A DNA stretch of 64,000 nucleotides from Ascoidea asiatica JCM 7603 (lineage: Eukaryota > Fungi > Ascomycota), in the NCBI GenBank assembly GCA_001600695.1, contig BCKQ01000008.1:223781-287780 (forward strand), in the 5' to 3' direction. The notes beneath the pieces were generated by a model. It was not told the origin of the DNA. It searched no databases and worked only from the letters and a program-made list of their open reading frames with translations. Of this stretch, positions 36,539 to 48,191 are shown piece by piece. Each line of letters begins with the position of its first letter. Positions within the stretch are counted from its first letter, which is position 1. Both the position numbers and the translations under genes were made by a program.

Positions 36539-37210
36539 TCATGACTATAAATACCTTTATTCATTCTTTTCCTTAACTTTTTTTTTTCTTTTTTTTTCAC
36601 TTTTATTCCAACGTATTATATTCAATATACAATTCTTTATAATTTATTCAAATATTTAATGAATAATCTCTTTCTAATTCTTTTTCTCTTTATTTTTTTC
36701 TATTTTATCTAATGGTTTTTTTAAAATTTCCCTTTTTACTTCTTTTTCGCTTAATATTAGCTATAATCTTTAATCTCTTTCATTACAATAAACTTTTCTC
36801 ATCAATATTTTAAATATTATTATTCACTTTATTTTCATCTCTTGTTTTTAAAATGTTTCAAATATATTAAAAGTTTTAAAAGTATTTATCAAAACTGACA
36901 AAATATGCGTAAATTATAATTAATTCTAAGACATTTTAAACCATTTTCTTTAGATTTTGTTGATGAGACTGAAAAAGTACCGGTTTCAGAAGGGTTAAAA
37001 TCGAAAATGTAATCTTTGTTTGTACCCCTACCACATATAAAAAATCATATACAGTATATTACTCGTATAAAGAGTATATATATATATGTATAAATATATA
37101 TATATACTCATTGAGATTCCCCTTTTTGGTTTGATAATTATAAAATTATTTTTTGGATGAATTTTCTGTTTTATCAAATTTTTTCAAAAATTAATCCAAT
37201 CAGTTTAAAA

Positions 37211-38006
37211 ATGAGTAACAATATAACCGCTGCTTTTGAAGATAAAGCTTTTGATGATGTTGAGAAGACATTAGAAATTTTCAAAAATGATAAATTTTAT
37301 TCTGCTGTTATTTTTTTGGTAATTTTATTTATCAATTTTAAAATCAATAAAAGTCTATTTAGTTATTCTTCTAAATTTTACCTTATCAAATATGTCTTTG
37401 AAATAAAACAAGGACCAAAAAATGTAATTAAAGTTTTATTTCTAGGAATTTTAGCTGGTGTTCCTTATGCAATTTTTTTTCAAAATCGATAAGAAGTTTG
37501 GCATTGTTATATTGTCTCATTTTTTTCTGATGTATTTATTTAAAAGTTGCCCATACCAATGGCTCGCTTTAACTTTATCTTCCCAAAAAGTTTGTGAAAT
37601 ATTTCGGAGTGAATATAGATTTAGTAGATTAATTTTAAAGGAAACAGGTCCAATAATCTATATTGAGAATAATAAACGAGCTGGCGCGTTGCTCCCAGTT
37701 TTCGATTATCAAATACATTTTTCTTTAGTTTCTGCTTTTACTTTTCTATTTGCAATAATATCCGATTTGAAAAAAGAGGAAAAATGGATTTTTTGTGCTA
37801 TTCAAGGTTTATTATATTTTTTTCCTACAACAATAGGAAATGAAGTTGCTAGAGAACTTTTTAAAAGTTTTGAAGATTCTAGACCTACTATAATGGATGA
37901 AGAAACTGTAGAATATGCTCTTGAAAAAACAGTAGGACCTAATATTGAAGGTAGAGCCAAAGAAATTAGGAATAACGTTTTAAAAGACCTTTCCAAAAGA
38001 AAATAA
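37211..38006 (+). pseudogene. Orphan multi-pass membrane protein gene split by a one-base frameshift in a T8 run (37473-37480); pseudogene, slippage allele or sequencing error
   Basis: Removing one T fuses ORFs 37157..37492 and 37458..38006 into a 264-aa hydrophobic protein starting at AAAATG 37211 (...GVPYAIFFKIDKKFGIVIL...). Confidence 0.65.
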
Positions 38007-39702
38007 CTTAAGTATTTTTTTATTTACTTACAAATATTTATTGAAATAAATTGCTAAAATTGAAATTATTTATCATATAATTTTTATATAGCTTTAAATT
38101 AAATATAGCATCGATTTTGCATCGTTGAAGTTTGAACCACTCGTAGAAAGAATTTATGAAATTTTAAAATTTTAAATTTTGGTAGATGAATTGATAAAAC
38201 AATTATTAAATTTTCAAATATCAATGATTTGTTTAATACAAGAATTAAATTAAATGAAGAATTTGAATCTAAACCGTAAGTTTGTTCATAAAATTCTTAC
38301 AATTATAATTAATATACCAGTTTTTATAAAATTTTTTAAATTGAATTTATTTAATAAAATATTCAATAATGTTATTTTAGTAGAATCAGAAGGACTTAAA
38401 ATTATTAAAAATTTTACTTTTTGATAAATTTAAAAATATACAGTATAATCTAAGATTGTTTTGTTGATTCTATTGATTTTATTGTTTCTATTGATTTTAT
38501 TGTTTCTATTGGATTTCTTTTTACTTTTGATAAAAATTGATAGATTTTGTACAGATAATTCAACCTGTTTATCATTTGGTGAATTTAATAAATTGATATT
38601 ATCCTCCAAAATTTTTATAATAATCTTTATAACTTTCATTGTAATCATCATTATTATTGAAAGATTGAAATAAATTAACCAGCGGTGAAGAAATTTCTAA
38701 TTCTTGAATGTTTATTGACTTTCTTCATTATCTAAATCCAATTCTTTATTGTCCAACTCTATTTTTTGAATATTCTGAATAACTTGAATATTTTGATTGC
38801 AATACAAATAATTATTTTTTGTCTTGAAAAATCAACTCTATATTAAATTGAATAATATTTGTACTGTTGATTAAATTATTGATTTTCTTTACTTGTTTTA
38901 TATTAGAATGTAATTATATGTAATTATTATTATAATTTTATTCTCTTTGGCAATTATATAATGTATTTTATGAATGAATAATCGAAATATAGAATTTTAT
39001 TCAATCATTTTTATATAAGTTATATCAGCCTTTAAATATTTCTTATTAATCTCATGAACTCTTATTAATCTAGATTCTAGAATATAATATTTAATCTTAT
39101 AAGATTGAAGTTGGTAAAATATGAATTAAATGAATTGAAAGATAATGAATAAATCTCTATTAGCGCTCAACATTAAAAGATTGAAAGATTGAAAGATTGA
39201 AATATTCAAAGATAAAAATAAAAGGTATAATTATTCCAACGAAAATCGATGAATAACAATGAAGTGTTTTTAAAGCAAATTTCATTATCTTAACGTTACA
39301 ATGCAAAAAATAGAGGTAAAAACGCGTAAACTTTTAAAAAATAATTAAATTTAGTTTCCCATAGTTTATTCCTATTATTTTCAATATTTGTCAACATGGC
39401 ATTTAATACGCGTTTGTAGATGAAAAAATAATTTCAATTTTGAGGTTTTTTTTTAATGTCTCCTGATTAATGTTGGGTTTCAGATTCTGTGTTTTATTGA
39501 GCTAAAAAATACGAGATGCAGCTATTTCCCGTTTAGAAAACCACAAAAGTTCAATTTTGGAACTACATTTTAGCTTTTTGGCCAATGCAATGTGCGGCAA
39601 CTTTAATTTTTATACTGAGTTCCATGTGCACAGAAAATAACAAGCAGCCGGTGGCCACGTGCATAGTAGAGACCAGTACGATGGTAGGCGCATGGCTGAT
39701 AC

Positions 39703-41200
39703 AGGGTCTTAAAATTGCTATGTATTGGGCAAGCAATAATAATTAATTTATATAAAATAGATAAATTCTACTTTTTTTAAAAAAATTCAAAACAGTTTCA
39801 ATTAATATTTCAAATAACTTTTGTAATAGATCAATCATTAAAAACATATATATATATATTAGCAATATTTCACAATAATATAAAAATGACTGAAACAGAT
39901 GATAGATCAGTTCTGGTTTACCTTCTATATATTTCTGTTTTTGGGTTTATTAAATTTTTCAAAGGTGCTTATTATTTGGTACTCTATTATGAAAAATACC
40001 CAGTTTCAATTGCGGATATTTCAAATAAAAAAAAAAAAGTTCTATGGTTTTTAATATTATTAGTTTTATTTAATTGTGAACTTTTTCTTTTGAATCTATA
40101 TCAATTTGAACCAATTTTATTAATATTATGCTTAATAAGTTCACTTTCAATTTATTCTATAATAGTATGTACTTATGAAAATAAAAAATTCATCAAAATT
40201 TTCAATTATTTCAAAACTAAAAAAATCAATAAACATATAAAGTACTTGAATGAAAATAAAGCTATTTTGAATACTTCTGAGAGATTTGTATGCTGGGGAA
40301 TATTGGTTTTAGTAGCTAACCCTTCATTTTTTTCATATCGTGCAGCATATGAATTTTATGAAAATATTTACGATGAAGAGTCAAATCTTACAAATATAAT
40401 AATGATCAATGGATTTCCAATAAAAGTAATATGCATCGATGATAAAAAAGATAGAAAGGATTTAAACAATCTAACTTTTATACCATTCAAAGATTATTAC
40501 AATATATATATCCAAAATCTATTGATCAATATTTTATTTTTAAATTCTTGTGTCTTTGAAATTCTGTATTTAATTAAATCTAAATCATATATCTTTTTAA
40601 CTGTTGAATGTTTAATACTTCTATTTGTTATTCCAAGAAAACATGTTGCAAAATTAGAGGTTTCTAGAGATAGAGACAATTTATTAATTGATTTAGAAGA
40701 TCAAAATACCATTAGTTCTTCTATAAATGATTCTACTGAAAATGACTTTTCTTCCGAGGTTGAATCTATTTAAAAACTAATCGATAATCACTCTCTAAGT
40801 AATAAATATTTCATTAATAAAATGTATTCTTTTTAAGTAAATAGTAAATAAAATTTCTTTATTTTGATATTGTATCCCAATTAAAAAAAATAAAATAAGA
40901 AGAAGTTAAGCATAGCTTGTATTTCAATATATGATTGTTGATTTATAAATGTCAAACTGACAGTTTAATATGAACAGTATTGAAACTTGGTCAGCTTGCA
41001 ATCTCTGAATGTAAGTAACTATTAAATAAATATACAGTATAATAAATTACGTTACCAGAAACCAGAAACCAGAAACCATGTTATCACTTGTTTTCATTGA
41101 ACTGCATCTTAACTTTCTCTGTCTTTTTATTGTTTTGAGATCAATCTTCTTCAAGCTCTTCTTCTTCTTCTTCAACTTCTCCTTTGAAACTTCCATCAGA
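39703..41200 (+). repeat. Left arm of inverted duplication (promoter, orphan gene, 3' flank); near-identical core 40800-41164
   Basis: Reverse-complement match to ~46877-47982, starting AGGGTCTTAAAATTGCTATGTATTG. Confidence 0.93.
39886..40773 (+). CDS. Orphan multi-pass membrane protein (295 aa)
   Basis: ATG in AAAAATG context with a TATA upstream, several hydrophobic segments, and a decayed paralog at ~47280-47850 on the minus strand. Confidence 0.7.
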   Translation: MTETDDRSVLVYLLYISVFGFIKFFKGAYYLVLYYEKYPVSIADISNKKKKVLWFLILLVLFNCELFLLNLYQFEPILLILCLISSLSIYSIIVCTYENKKFIKIFNYFKTKKINKHIKYLNENKAILNTSERFVCWGILVLVANPSFFSYRAAYEFYENIYDEESNLTNIIMINGFPIKVICIDDKKDRKDLNNLTFIPFKDYYNIYIQNLLINILFLNSCVFEILYLIKSKSYIFLTVECLILLFVIPRKHVAKLEVSRDRDNLLIDLEDQNTISSSINDSTENDFSSEVESI

Positions 41201-41544
41201 AATTGAAAAAGATTTCTGAAAATTGTAGAAATCAGCCAGTTTTATTAAAACAAAGCGAGTCACATGATATTTGTTATCACGTGATGTCTTCTTATTTTAG
41301 ATCCTCGTTGAAAAGTGAATTTACTCAAACACCAAAAAAGGCTGAAGGCTGAAAAGAGAAATTCAAAACAAATCAAATAAAAGAAGGTTTAAAAGATTAA
41401 TGAAAGTGATTTTAAGATTGTAATGAAGAACTAAGTTGAATATATTCTGCTGAATTTGTTTATCATTCGAATAAAAAAGATTAGAATTTACTCATTATTT
41501 GATTCAATTCATTTTTCAAGTCTTCCTACTTCTACTTCTTTAGA

Positions 41545-44500
41545 ATGAATAATGATATCAATTTTCATATTAAAGGTTTTGAAAAAATGAATAATAATAC
41601 TGATAATCATTCTACACAATCTTCATTTCACAATTCAATACAAACTAAAGATATGACTTCCAATAATAATATTAATAATAATATTCATAACAATGATAAA
41701 AACAATAATGAAGATGATTTTAATTTACAATTTTTTGATTATGATTTAAAAACTTTATCAAATTATTTGAATATAAAAACAAAAGATGATTTAAATATTT
41801 TAAAAAATTTACCAAAATCATTTGAAAAACTTTTACAACTTAATTATTTAAAATATAATAATCTAAATAATAATTTTTTAAATTTAGATAAAAATTTTAA
41901 AAATTTATCTTTTAAAAATTCAAATTTAAATTCAAAATTAATAAATTATGAAAAAAATATAATTAAAAATTTAAATAATGATTTAATTAATTTAAGATTA
42001 AATTTAAATTCAAAATCTCAAGAATTAAATTTACTTAATTCAAAATTTTCAAATTTAAATGATTTACATATAAATAAAATAGATGAATTTAATAATTATA
42101 AAATTTTAAAAGATCAACAATTTAATCAATTAAATAAAAATTTTAAAAATTTAAATAATAATTATAATATACTTAAATCTGAAAATGATTCAATTAATTC
42201 AAATAATTTAAATTTAGAAAATAAAATAATATCTTTGAATTTGAATATAAAAAATTTAAAAAATAAATTATCAATAAATAATTCAAATCATTTAAATGAA
42301 ATTGAAATTAATAAAAATTTAATTCAATCATTAAAAAATTCTATAACTTTGAAAAATGAAAATATTTTAAATTTAGAAAAAAAATTAAATTCATCAAATA
42401 TTGAATTTAATAAAAAATTAGAAAATTTAAATAATTCAATTAAAAAAAAAGACTATAAAATTAAAAATTTATTAAAAGTTAATCAAAATCCAAATGATCC
42501 AAATAATAAATTATTATTAATTAAATTAAAAGCATTAAATGAAAAATATTTAAATGAAAAAAATTCAAAAGAATCATTAAAATCACAAATTGATAATTTT
42601 ATTACAACTTTAGAATCAAAATTACCTGTAGTACAGGAAACTAATAATCAAAATAAACTTTTAAAAGATCAAATAATTGAAAAAAATTCAATAATAAGTG
42701 ATTTAAAGTCTCAATTAAACTCAAAAAGTACACAATTTACTTCAAATTCTTCAAAATTAAATCAACTAAATTTAGAAATTAATTCTTTATTAAAACAAAA
42801 ATTAGATCTTTCTAAACAAATTCAATATCTTTTAATTCAATTATCTATTAAAAATAATGAAAATATAGATCCATTAAATGAATCTGAAGTTAAATATTTA
42901 AATAATATTTTGGAAAAAAATAATGTATCAGATTATCATTTAGAAAAAATCAATTATATGATTAAGAATCAACAATTTGATTTACTAAATGATTTAAAAA
43001 ACATTCAAAATTCAGATCAGGATCAAAATCAAGATGATGAGAATGATTACGATAAAGTTATTAGTGAGCATTTAATAACTTTTAAATCTGTTCCTGAATT
43101 ACAATTATTAAATTCTCAATTAATCAAAGTAGTCAGACAATTATCAATAAAATTAGAAATCAGTGAAAAAAATTTGAATGAATTACAAGAATATCAAGAG
43201 GGTGCAATCAGTGAAGCTAAATATGCGATTAATTCACTTCAAACTGAAAATGAAGATTTAAAATCAAAGTTGGAATCTTATTCAAAATCTGTAAAAAATG
43301 AAAATATTCTGGATACTAATGATCATAAGTTGATAACTGATGGGGCCTATCAAAGTGAATTGATGCTATTGAAAGAAGAAAATGAAGAGTTGAATCTTGA
43401 AATTAATGACATAAAATCAGCTAATGACTCTTATATTCAAGTATTAAAGGAAAAAATAAATACATTAAATTCGGATAAAAATAAGTTGCTTTCAAAATTA
43501 GAGACTTTACATAATTCTAAATCATTTGAAACTAACAAAATTCATTCCCTACAAGAAAAAACTACTCAATTATCATCAATGATAAATGAGAAAGATTCTA
43601 AAATTTCAGAATTATTTGACCAATTATTTAAATCAAATGAAACAATAGAAAATAGAAATAAGGAAGTTGTTTCTTTAAAATCCGAAAAATTATCTACAAG
43701 TCAAGAAATTTTTGAGCTTAATAGTTCAATCAATAATTTCAAAAGTTTTATTGTCAAATTAAATACAATTGTATCTAATCCAAATCTTGATCATAACAAT
43801 TTCGTTCCAAAAATACAGCATCTAATAAATAAAGAGTCTTTTGATCTCGAAGGAGTGGAATATACTGATATCGATATGTCTTTCTTTGAAAAACAAAGTA
43901 ACAATAATTTAAATAATACTGAACAACAAAAGGAGGTAGATGAATCAAGTTTCATAAATCCTATTCATCAGGATCTAAATGAAGAAGAAAGTAAAAAAGA
44001 TTCTATGATATTGTACTTACAAACAGAAAAAGAAAAGCTTGAAAATGAGCTAGAAAATTCACATATTAGTATGCGCTCTCTACAAGAAGAACTTAACTCT
44101 AGAGAAACTCATCTTGAAGAAATTCAATCTGAACTAATATCCATCAAATCAACTAACAAAGTTAGTGAAAAATCCAAATTAGAAAGTGATAGTTTTTCAT
44201 TGAAAGTTAAGATGCTAGAAAAAAAACTTAAAAGTTTAGACTTTTCCCATAAAAGTCAAATCAAGAGTATCAATGAATTAAATGACAAAATAAAGTCTTT
44301 AAAGACTTTAAATACATCATTGACAAAGGAAAATCAACAGTTACAAACTAAAATTGGTAAAATGTCACAAGAGATTACTTTATCTCGGAAAGAGATTGAA
44401 AATTTACAAAATAAATTAACAAAGAGTTTAGAAATTAATTCAAATAATGAGACTTCAAAAACTCAAAATAATAATAAAAATATTGCGCATCCTCTTCCTT

Positions 44501-46587
44501 CAGGCCCAAGTCATAGTAAAGGAAAAATTAAGGAATTACTGGATAAAATCAAAGAATTACAGGATAAAGTTAATAGTTGGGAAACTAGATATAAAGAATT
44601 ACACTTACAATCAAGTGGTGTAATTTCTGAAAAAATAAATAAAATAACCGAGTTAACTACTAATCTCGAAAAGCAGAACAGTGAGATTTCTTCTTTGACG
44701 AAGGAATTGAAATCTTCTCCATCCAAAATAAACTCAGTCAAAAGTAGTGAAGAAAATCCTGAAATTGGTTCAATAGTTAATTCATTGACTAAAAAAATAG
44801 GTAGCAATTTTTTTAATTCCCTAAATAATGAAAATGTCAAAGATGAATTACAAATGTTAAATAAAGATATCCAAGCCATCAAAATGTACTTTGAAAAAAA
44901 GTCAACTATCGTGGATAATAATTATTCGGAAGAAAAAATAAATGAGTTGAAAAATAAATGGAAAGAGGAATATGAACCTGTAGTTTTAAGAAGGATTGAA
45001 GAAAACGTGAAAGAAGCAAGAACAGCTTATGAAAAGAAAATACGTGCTCCTGCAATGGAAAAATTAGAAAGAATTTCAGAAAAAAGAATTGAAAGGTATA
45101 AAGTGGAAGAAGAGCCTAAAATTAGAGAAAAAATCAGAAAAGAACTTCAAGAAAATTTTAATAAATTGGAAAAAGAACTAAAAGATAAAATAAATAAACA
45201 ATCTTTTGAATTTGATATCAAAATGAAACAACAAACAATTATTCAAAATCAACAAGCTAAAATTAAAACAGATGAAATTACTAAAGAAAAAGACAATGAG
45301 ATCAAGCAATCTTACGAAAACGGAAAAATTGCTGCTAAGAAAGAATTTGCAATGAGAACCAGACTTTTACAATCACAAGTGCAAAGATTAAAAGGACAGC
45401 TAAGTGAAGCTGAAAAAAACAATAACTCTAAATTAGAGACTAAAGTTGAACTACCCCTTAGACCTAAACTTAATAATATTGATACTCAAACTCAAACATT
45501 GAATAGGTATACTGAAAAGTCGGTTGAAACTAAGATTACAGAGTCTAAACTAAACCAGAAAAAATCAGAAACTAAAGACAAGGATGAAGATACAATCATG
45601 AAAGATTCAAAAATCCCTGAAGATATCAATATATCTAGTGTTAATCCAGAAACAAATAATCAAACAGAAAAAGTGATCTTTGAAACTAAAAATACGGCTG
45701 AAAAAGTAGAACCAGAAGTTGTCATTTCCAAAATAAAATCTCAAGATGAAATAGAAGAAAAGAATCCTATAGTCAAATCAAAGGAAAATGATAAAGAGGT
45801 ATTGAAAGAAAATGGTGAAGAAATGAAGTCTCAATTAGAACAGAATAATGTTAAGAAATTAAACCCTGATTTGGGTTCCAATACGATACTTGAGCTTAAC
45901 GCTGAAGTTATGCCTGATAATAAATCAAAAATTATGGTTAATAATGGTAATATTAATAAGGATTCTGGAATCAAAGTACTGACTCAAGAGAGTGATCAGA
46001 TTGCTTGTCCAATTTCTAAACCAATTGTTGTTCATAAAAGTAGAATTTTTAGTGAATTAACCCCGGAATCTTCTACAAAGTCAGGGCCTAAAAATGAAGA
46101 ATCTTCAATTGAGAAACTTGATTATCATCTTAAAGATTCAGTTCTAGTTAAAACTAATGATGTACCTAGCAACAATAATAAGCTAAAAGAACAATTGAAT
46201 AATGAAAATGCAAATGTAAATGAAAAGGAAATTAATACACAGACGAATTCTGAAATCGAAACTGGTGAAATTAGAGCTAAAGCTGAGAATAAATCTAAAA
46301 TTAATGCAAACTCAAAGATCAAAGAGAATAATTTCAGACTGTTTTTAAAGAGGAAAATAAGCAGGCCCTCGTTGTTAAAGCCAGAAATTGATGGATATAT
46401 GCATTTATCAAATGGTAATTCAAATCAAACTTATAAAAAATCAATTATAAAAATATCTAAACCTGAATTAAATATATTACCAAATAAGATTTTCAATGAC
46501 AACAATAAAAGAAATAATGAAAATGTTGAAGATATGGAAAATATTGAAAAGGATGTTAAGCATATTGATAAAAAGATTAGAAATTGA
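41545..46587 (+). CDS. MLP1: Nuclear-basket coiled-coil protein Mlp1/Mlp2 (TPR family)
   Basis: 1680-aa coiled coil with LSKQIQYLLIQL and VISEHLITFKSVPELQLLNSQLIKVVRQLSIKLE, the characteristic TPR/MLP motif region, followed by a disordered C-terminus. Confidence 0.75.
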   Translation: MNNDINFHIKGFEKMNNNTDNHSTQSSFHNSIQTKDMTSNNNINNNIHNNDKNNNEDDFNLQFFDYDLKTLSNYLNIKTKDDLNILKNLPKSFEKLLQLNYLKYNNLNNNFLNLDKNFKNLSFKNSNLNSKLINYEKNIIKNLNNDLINLRLNLNSKSQELNLLNSKFSNLNDLHINKIDEFNNYKILKDQQFNQLNKNFKNLNNNYNILKSENDSINSNNLNLENKIISLNLNIKNLKNKLSINNSNHLNEIEINKNLIQSLKNSITLKNENILNLEKKLNSSNIEFNKKLENLNNSIKKKDYKIKNLLKVNQNPNDPNNKLLLIKLKALNEKYLNEKNSKESLKSQIDNFITTLESKLPVVQETNNQNKLLKDQIIEKNSIISDLKSQLNSKSTQFTSNSSKLNQLNLEINSLLKQKLDLSKQIQYLLIQLSIKNNENIDPLNESEVKYLNNILEKNNVSDYHLEKINYMIKNQQFDLLNDLKNIQNSDQDQNQDDENDYDKVISEHLITFKSVPELQLLNSQLIKVVRQLSIKLEISEKNLNELQEYQEGAISEAKYAINSLQTENEDLKSKLESYSKSVKNENILDTNDHKLITDGAYQSELMLLKEENEELNLEINDIKSANDSYIQVLKEKINTLNSDKNKLLSKLETLHNSKSFETNKIHSLQEKTTQLSSMINEKDSKISELFDQLFKSNETIENRNKEVVSLKSEKLSTSQEIFELNSSINNFKSFIVKLNTIVSNPNLDHNNFVPKIQHLINKESFDLEGVEYTDIDMSFFEKQSNNNLNNTEQQKEVDESSFINPIHQDLNEEESKKDSMILYLQTEKEKLENELENSHISMRSLQEELNSRETHLEEIQSELISIKSTNKVSEKSKLESDSFSLKVKMLEKKLKSLDFSHKSQIKSINELNDKIKSLKTLNTSLTKENQQLQTKIGKMSQEITLSRKEIENLQNKLTKSLEINSNNETSKTQNNNKNIAHPLPSGPSHSKGKIKELLDKIKELQDKVNSWETRYKELHLQSSGVISEKINKITELTTNLEKQNSEISSLTKELKSSPSKINSVKSSEENPEIGSIVNSLTKKIGSNFFNSLNNENVKDELQMLNKDIQAIKMYFEKKSTIVDNNYSEEKINELKNKWKEEYEPVVLRRIEENVKEARTAYEKKIRAPAMEKLERISEKRIERYKVEEEPKIREKIRKELQENFNKLEKELKDKINKQSFEFDIKMKQQTIIQNQQAKIKTDEITKEKDNEIKQSYENGKIAAKKEFAMRTRLLQSQVQRLKGQLSEAEKNNNSKLETKVELPLRPKLNNIDTQTQTLNRYTEKSVETKITESKLNQKKSETKDKDEDTIMKDSKIPEDINISSVNPETNNQTEKVIFETKNTAEKVEPEVVISKIKSQDEIEEKNPIVKSKENDKEVLKENGEEMKSQLEQNNVKKLNPDLGSNTILELNAEVMPDNKSKIMVNNGNINKDSGIKVLTQESDQIACPISKPIVVHKSRIFSELTPESSTKSGPKNEESSIEKLDYHLKDSVLVKTNDVPSNNNKLKEQLNNENANVNEKEINTQTNSEIETGEIRAKAENKSKINANSKIKENNFRLFLKRKISRPSLLKPEIDGYMHLSNGNSNQTYKKSIIKISKPELNILPNKIFNDNNKRNNENVEDMENIEKDVKHIDKKIRN

Positions 46588-46876
46588 TTTTGAATATATA
46601 TTTTATTTAAATAATGATGTTTTAATTTTCAAATTTTGTATTTTGTATTTATAATGTTTTTGTAATAAATAATTAAATTTATTAGGGGTTTACGATTTTT
46701 GTTTCTCTTTCTCTTTTTTTTTTGTTTTTTTAGTAGTTTTCCTCTTAATCATAAACTAAACTGTACAATAGTTTAAACCAGAATTATTTCACTTTGTATT
46801 CGTATTTGACTTTTTAAGGTTATAGAAACAATTTAAAATAATAATAAAATTCATTCAATGCATTATTTTACTCTAA

Positions 46877-47982
46877 CTGATGATTTCGGAAGAAGAAGCT
46901 GAAGAAGAGCTTGAAGAAGATTGATCTCAAAACAATAAAAAGACAGAGAAAGTTAAGATGCAGTTCAATGAAAACAAGTGATAACATGGTTTCTGGTTTC
47001 TGGTAACGTAATTTATTATACTGTATATTTATTTAATAGTTACTTACATTCAGAGATTGCAAGCTGACCAAGTTTCAATACTGTTCATATTAAACTGTCA
47101 GTTTGACATTTATAAATCAACAATCATATATTGAAATACAAGCTATGCTTAACTTCTTCTTATTTTATTTTTTTTAATTGGGATACAATATCAAAATAAA
47201 GAAATTTTATTTACTATTTACTTAAAAAGAATACATTTTATTAATGAAATATTTATTATTGTCAAGAGAATGATTATCAATTAGTTTTTGAATTGAGTTT
47301 CTATTCATTTAAATAGCCATTTTAAGTAGAATCATTTGTAGAAAAACTAATGAAATTCTGATTTTCTAAATTCATCAAAAAAATGTCTTTAAGGCTAGAA
47401 ATATCATATTTATGTTTTACCTTTATTGGAATGCCATTGATCAATATTATATTTATAATATTTGGCTCTTTTTTGATAATTTTTTTTCAAAAATGTACTT
47501 ATTTCATGGTTTGAAATATATCAGTGGCTAGTCACTACACTGAATTTATTTTTCCCGAATAATAATGCCACAGAAGTACTTAAAATAGCTTTTCATAAGT
47601 AGATACTATCATAGAATAAATTGAAAGTGAACTCATTAAGCATAATATTAATAAAATTGGTTCAAATTGATATAGATTTAAAAGAAAAAATTCATAATTG
47701 AATAAAACTAATGATTTTAAAAACTATGATACTTTTTTTTTGAAATTTGAAATATCCTCAGTTGAAACTGGGTATTTATCATAATATAACTCCCGATAAA
47801 TGAAGACTCTGATAAATTTTAGTAAAGAAAAAACAAAACCATAATGAAACATAAGAAATTTCTTATATTAACAAATGTTAGTTAAAATATTATTTGAAAT
47901 AGTTGTGGAAAAAAGAGAATTTATCTATTTTATATAACTTAATTATGATTGTTCGTTCAATACATAGCAATTTTAAGACCCT
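46877..47982 (-). repeat. Right arm of inverted duplication; near-identical core 46901-47258
   Basis: The core equals the reverse complement of 40800-41164 except for one missing ACCAGAA unit (358 vs 365 bp). Confidence 0.93.
47280..47850 (-). pseudogene. Decayed paralog of the 39886..40773 membrane-protein gene
   Basis: Recognisable pieces (YYDKYPVSTEDISN; LNLYQFEPILLILCLMSSLSIYSMIVSTYE; NIILINGIPIKV) with stops, frameshifts and two internal deletions. Confidence 0.88.
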
Positions 47983-48132
47983 TAATATTGTGGATAGTTA
48001 AAATATTGCCATTGTTCTATTACTTCGGAACCTAAAGTAAATAAAAATAAGAGAACAAGTTCATGATATATTTATTAAATTATCATGGATTATATATTGA
48101 TTATCAATTATTATTGATTTTAACAAATGATT

Positions 48133-48191
48133 AATATTTATAATTTAATATTTATAATTTAATATTTATAATTTAATATTTATAATTTAAT
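48133..48191. repeat. 14-bp minisatellite TAATATTTATAATT x~4
   Basis: Read directly from the sequence. Confidence 0.8.
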
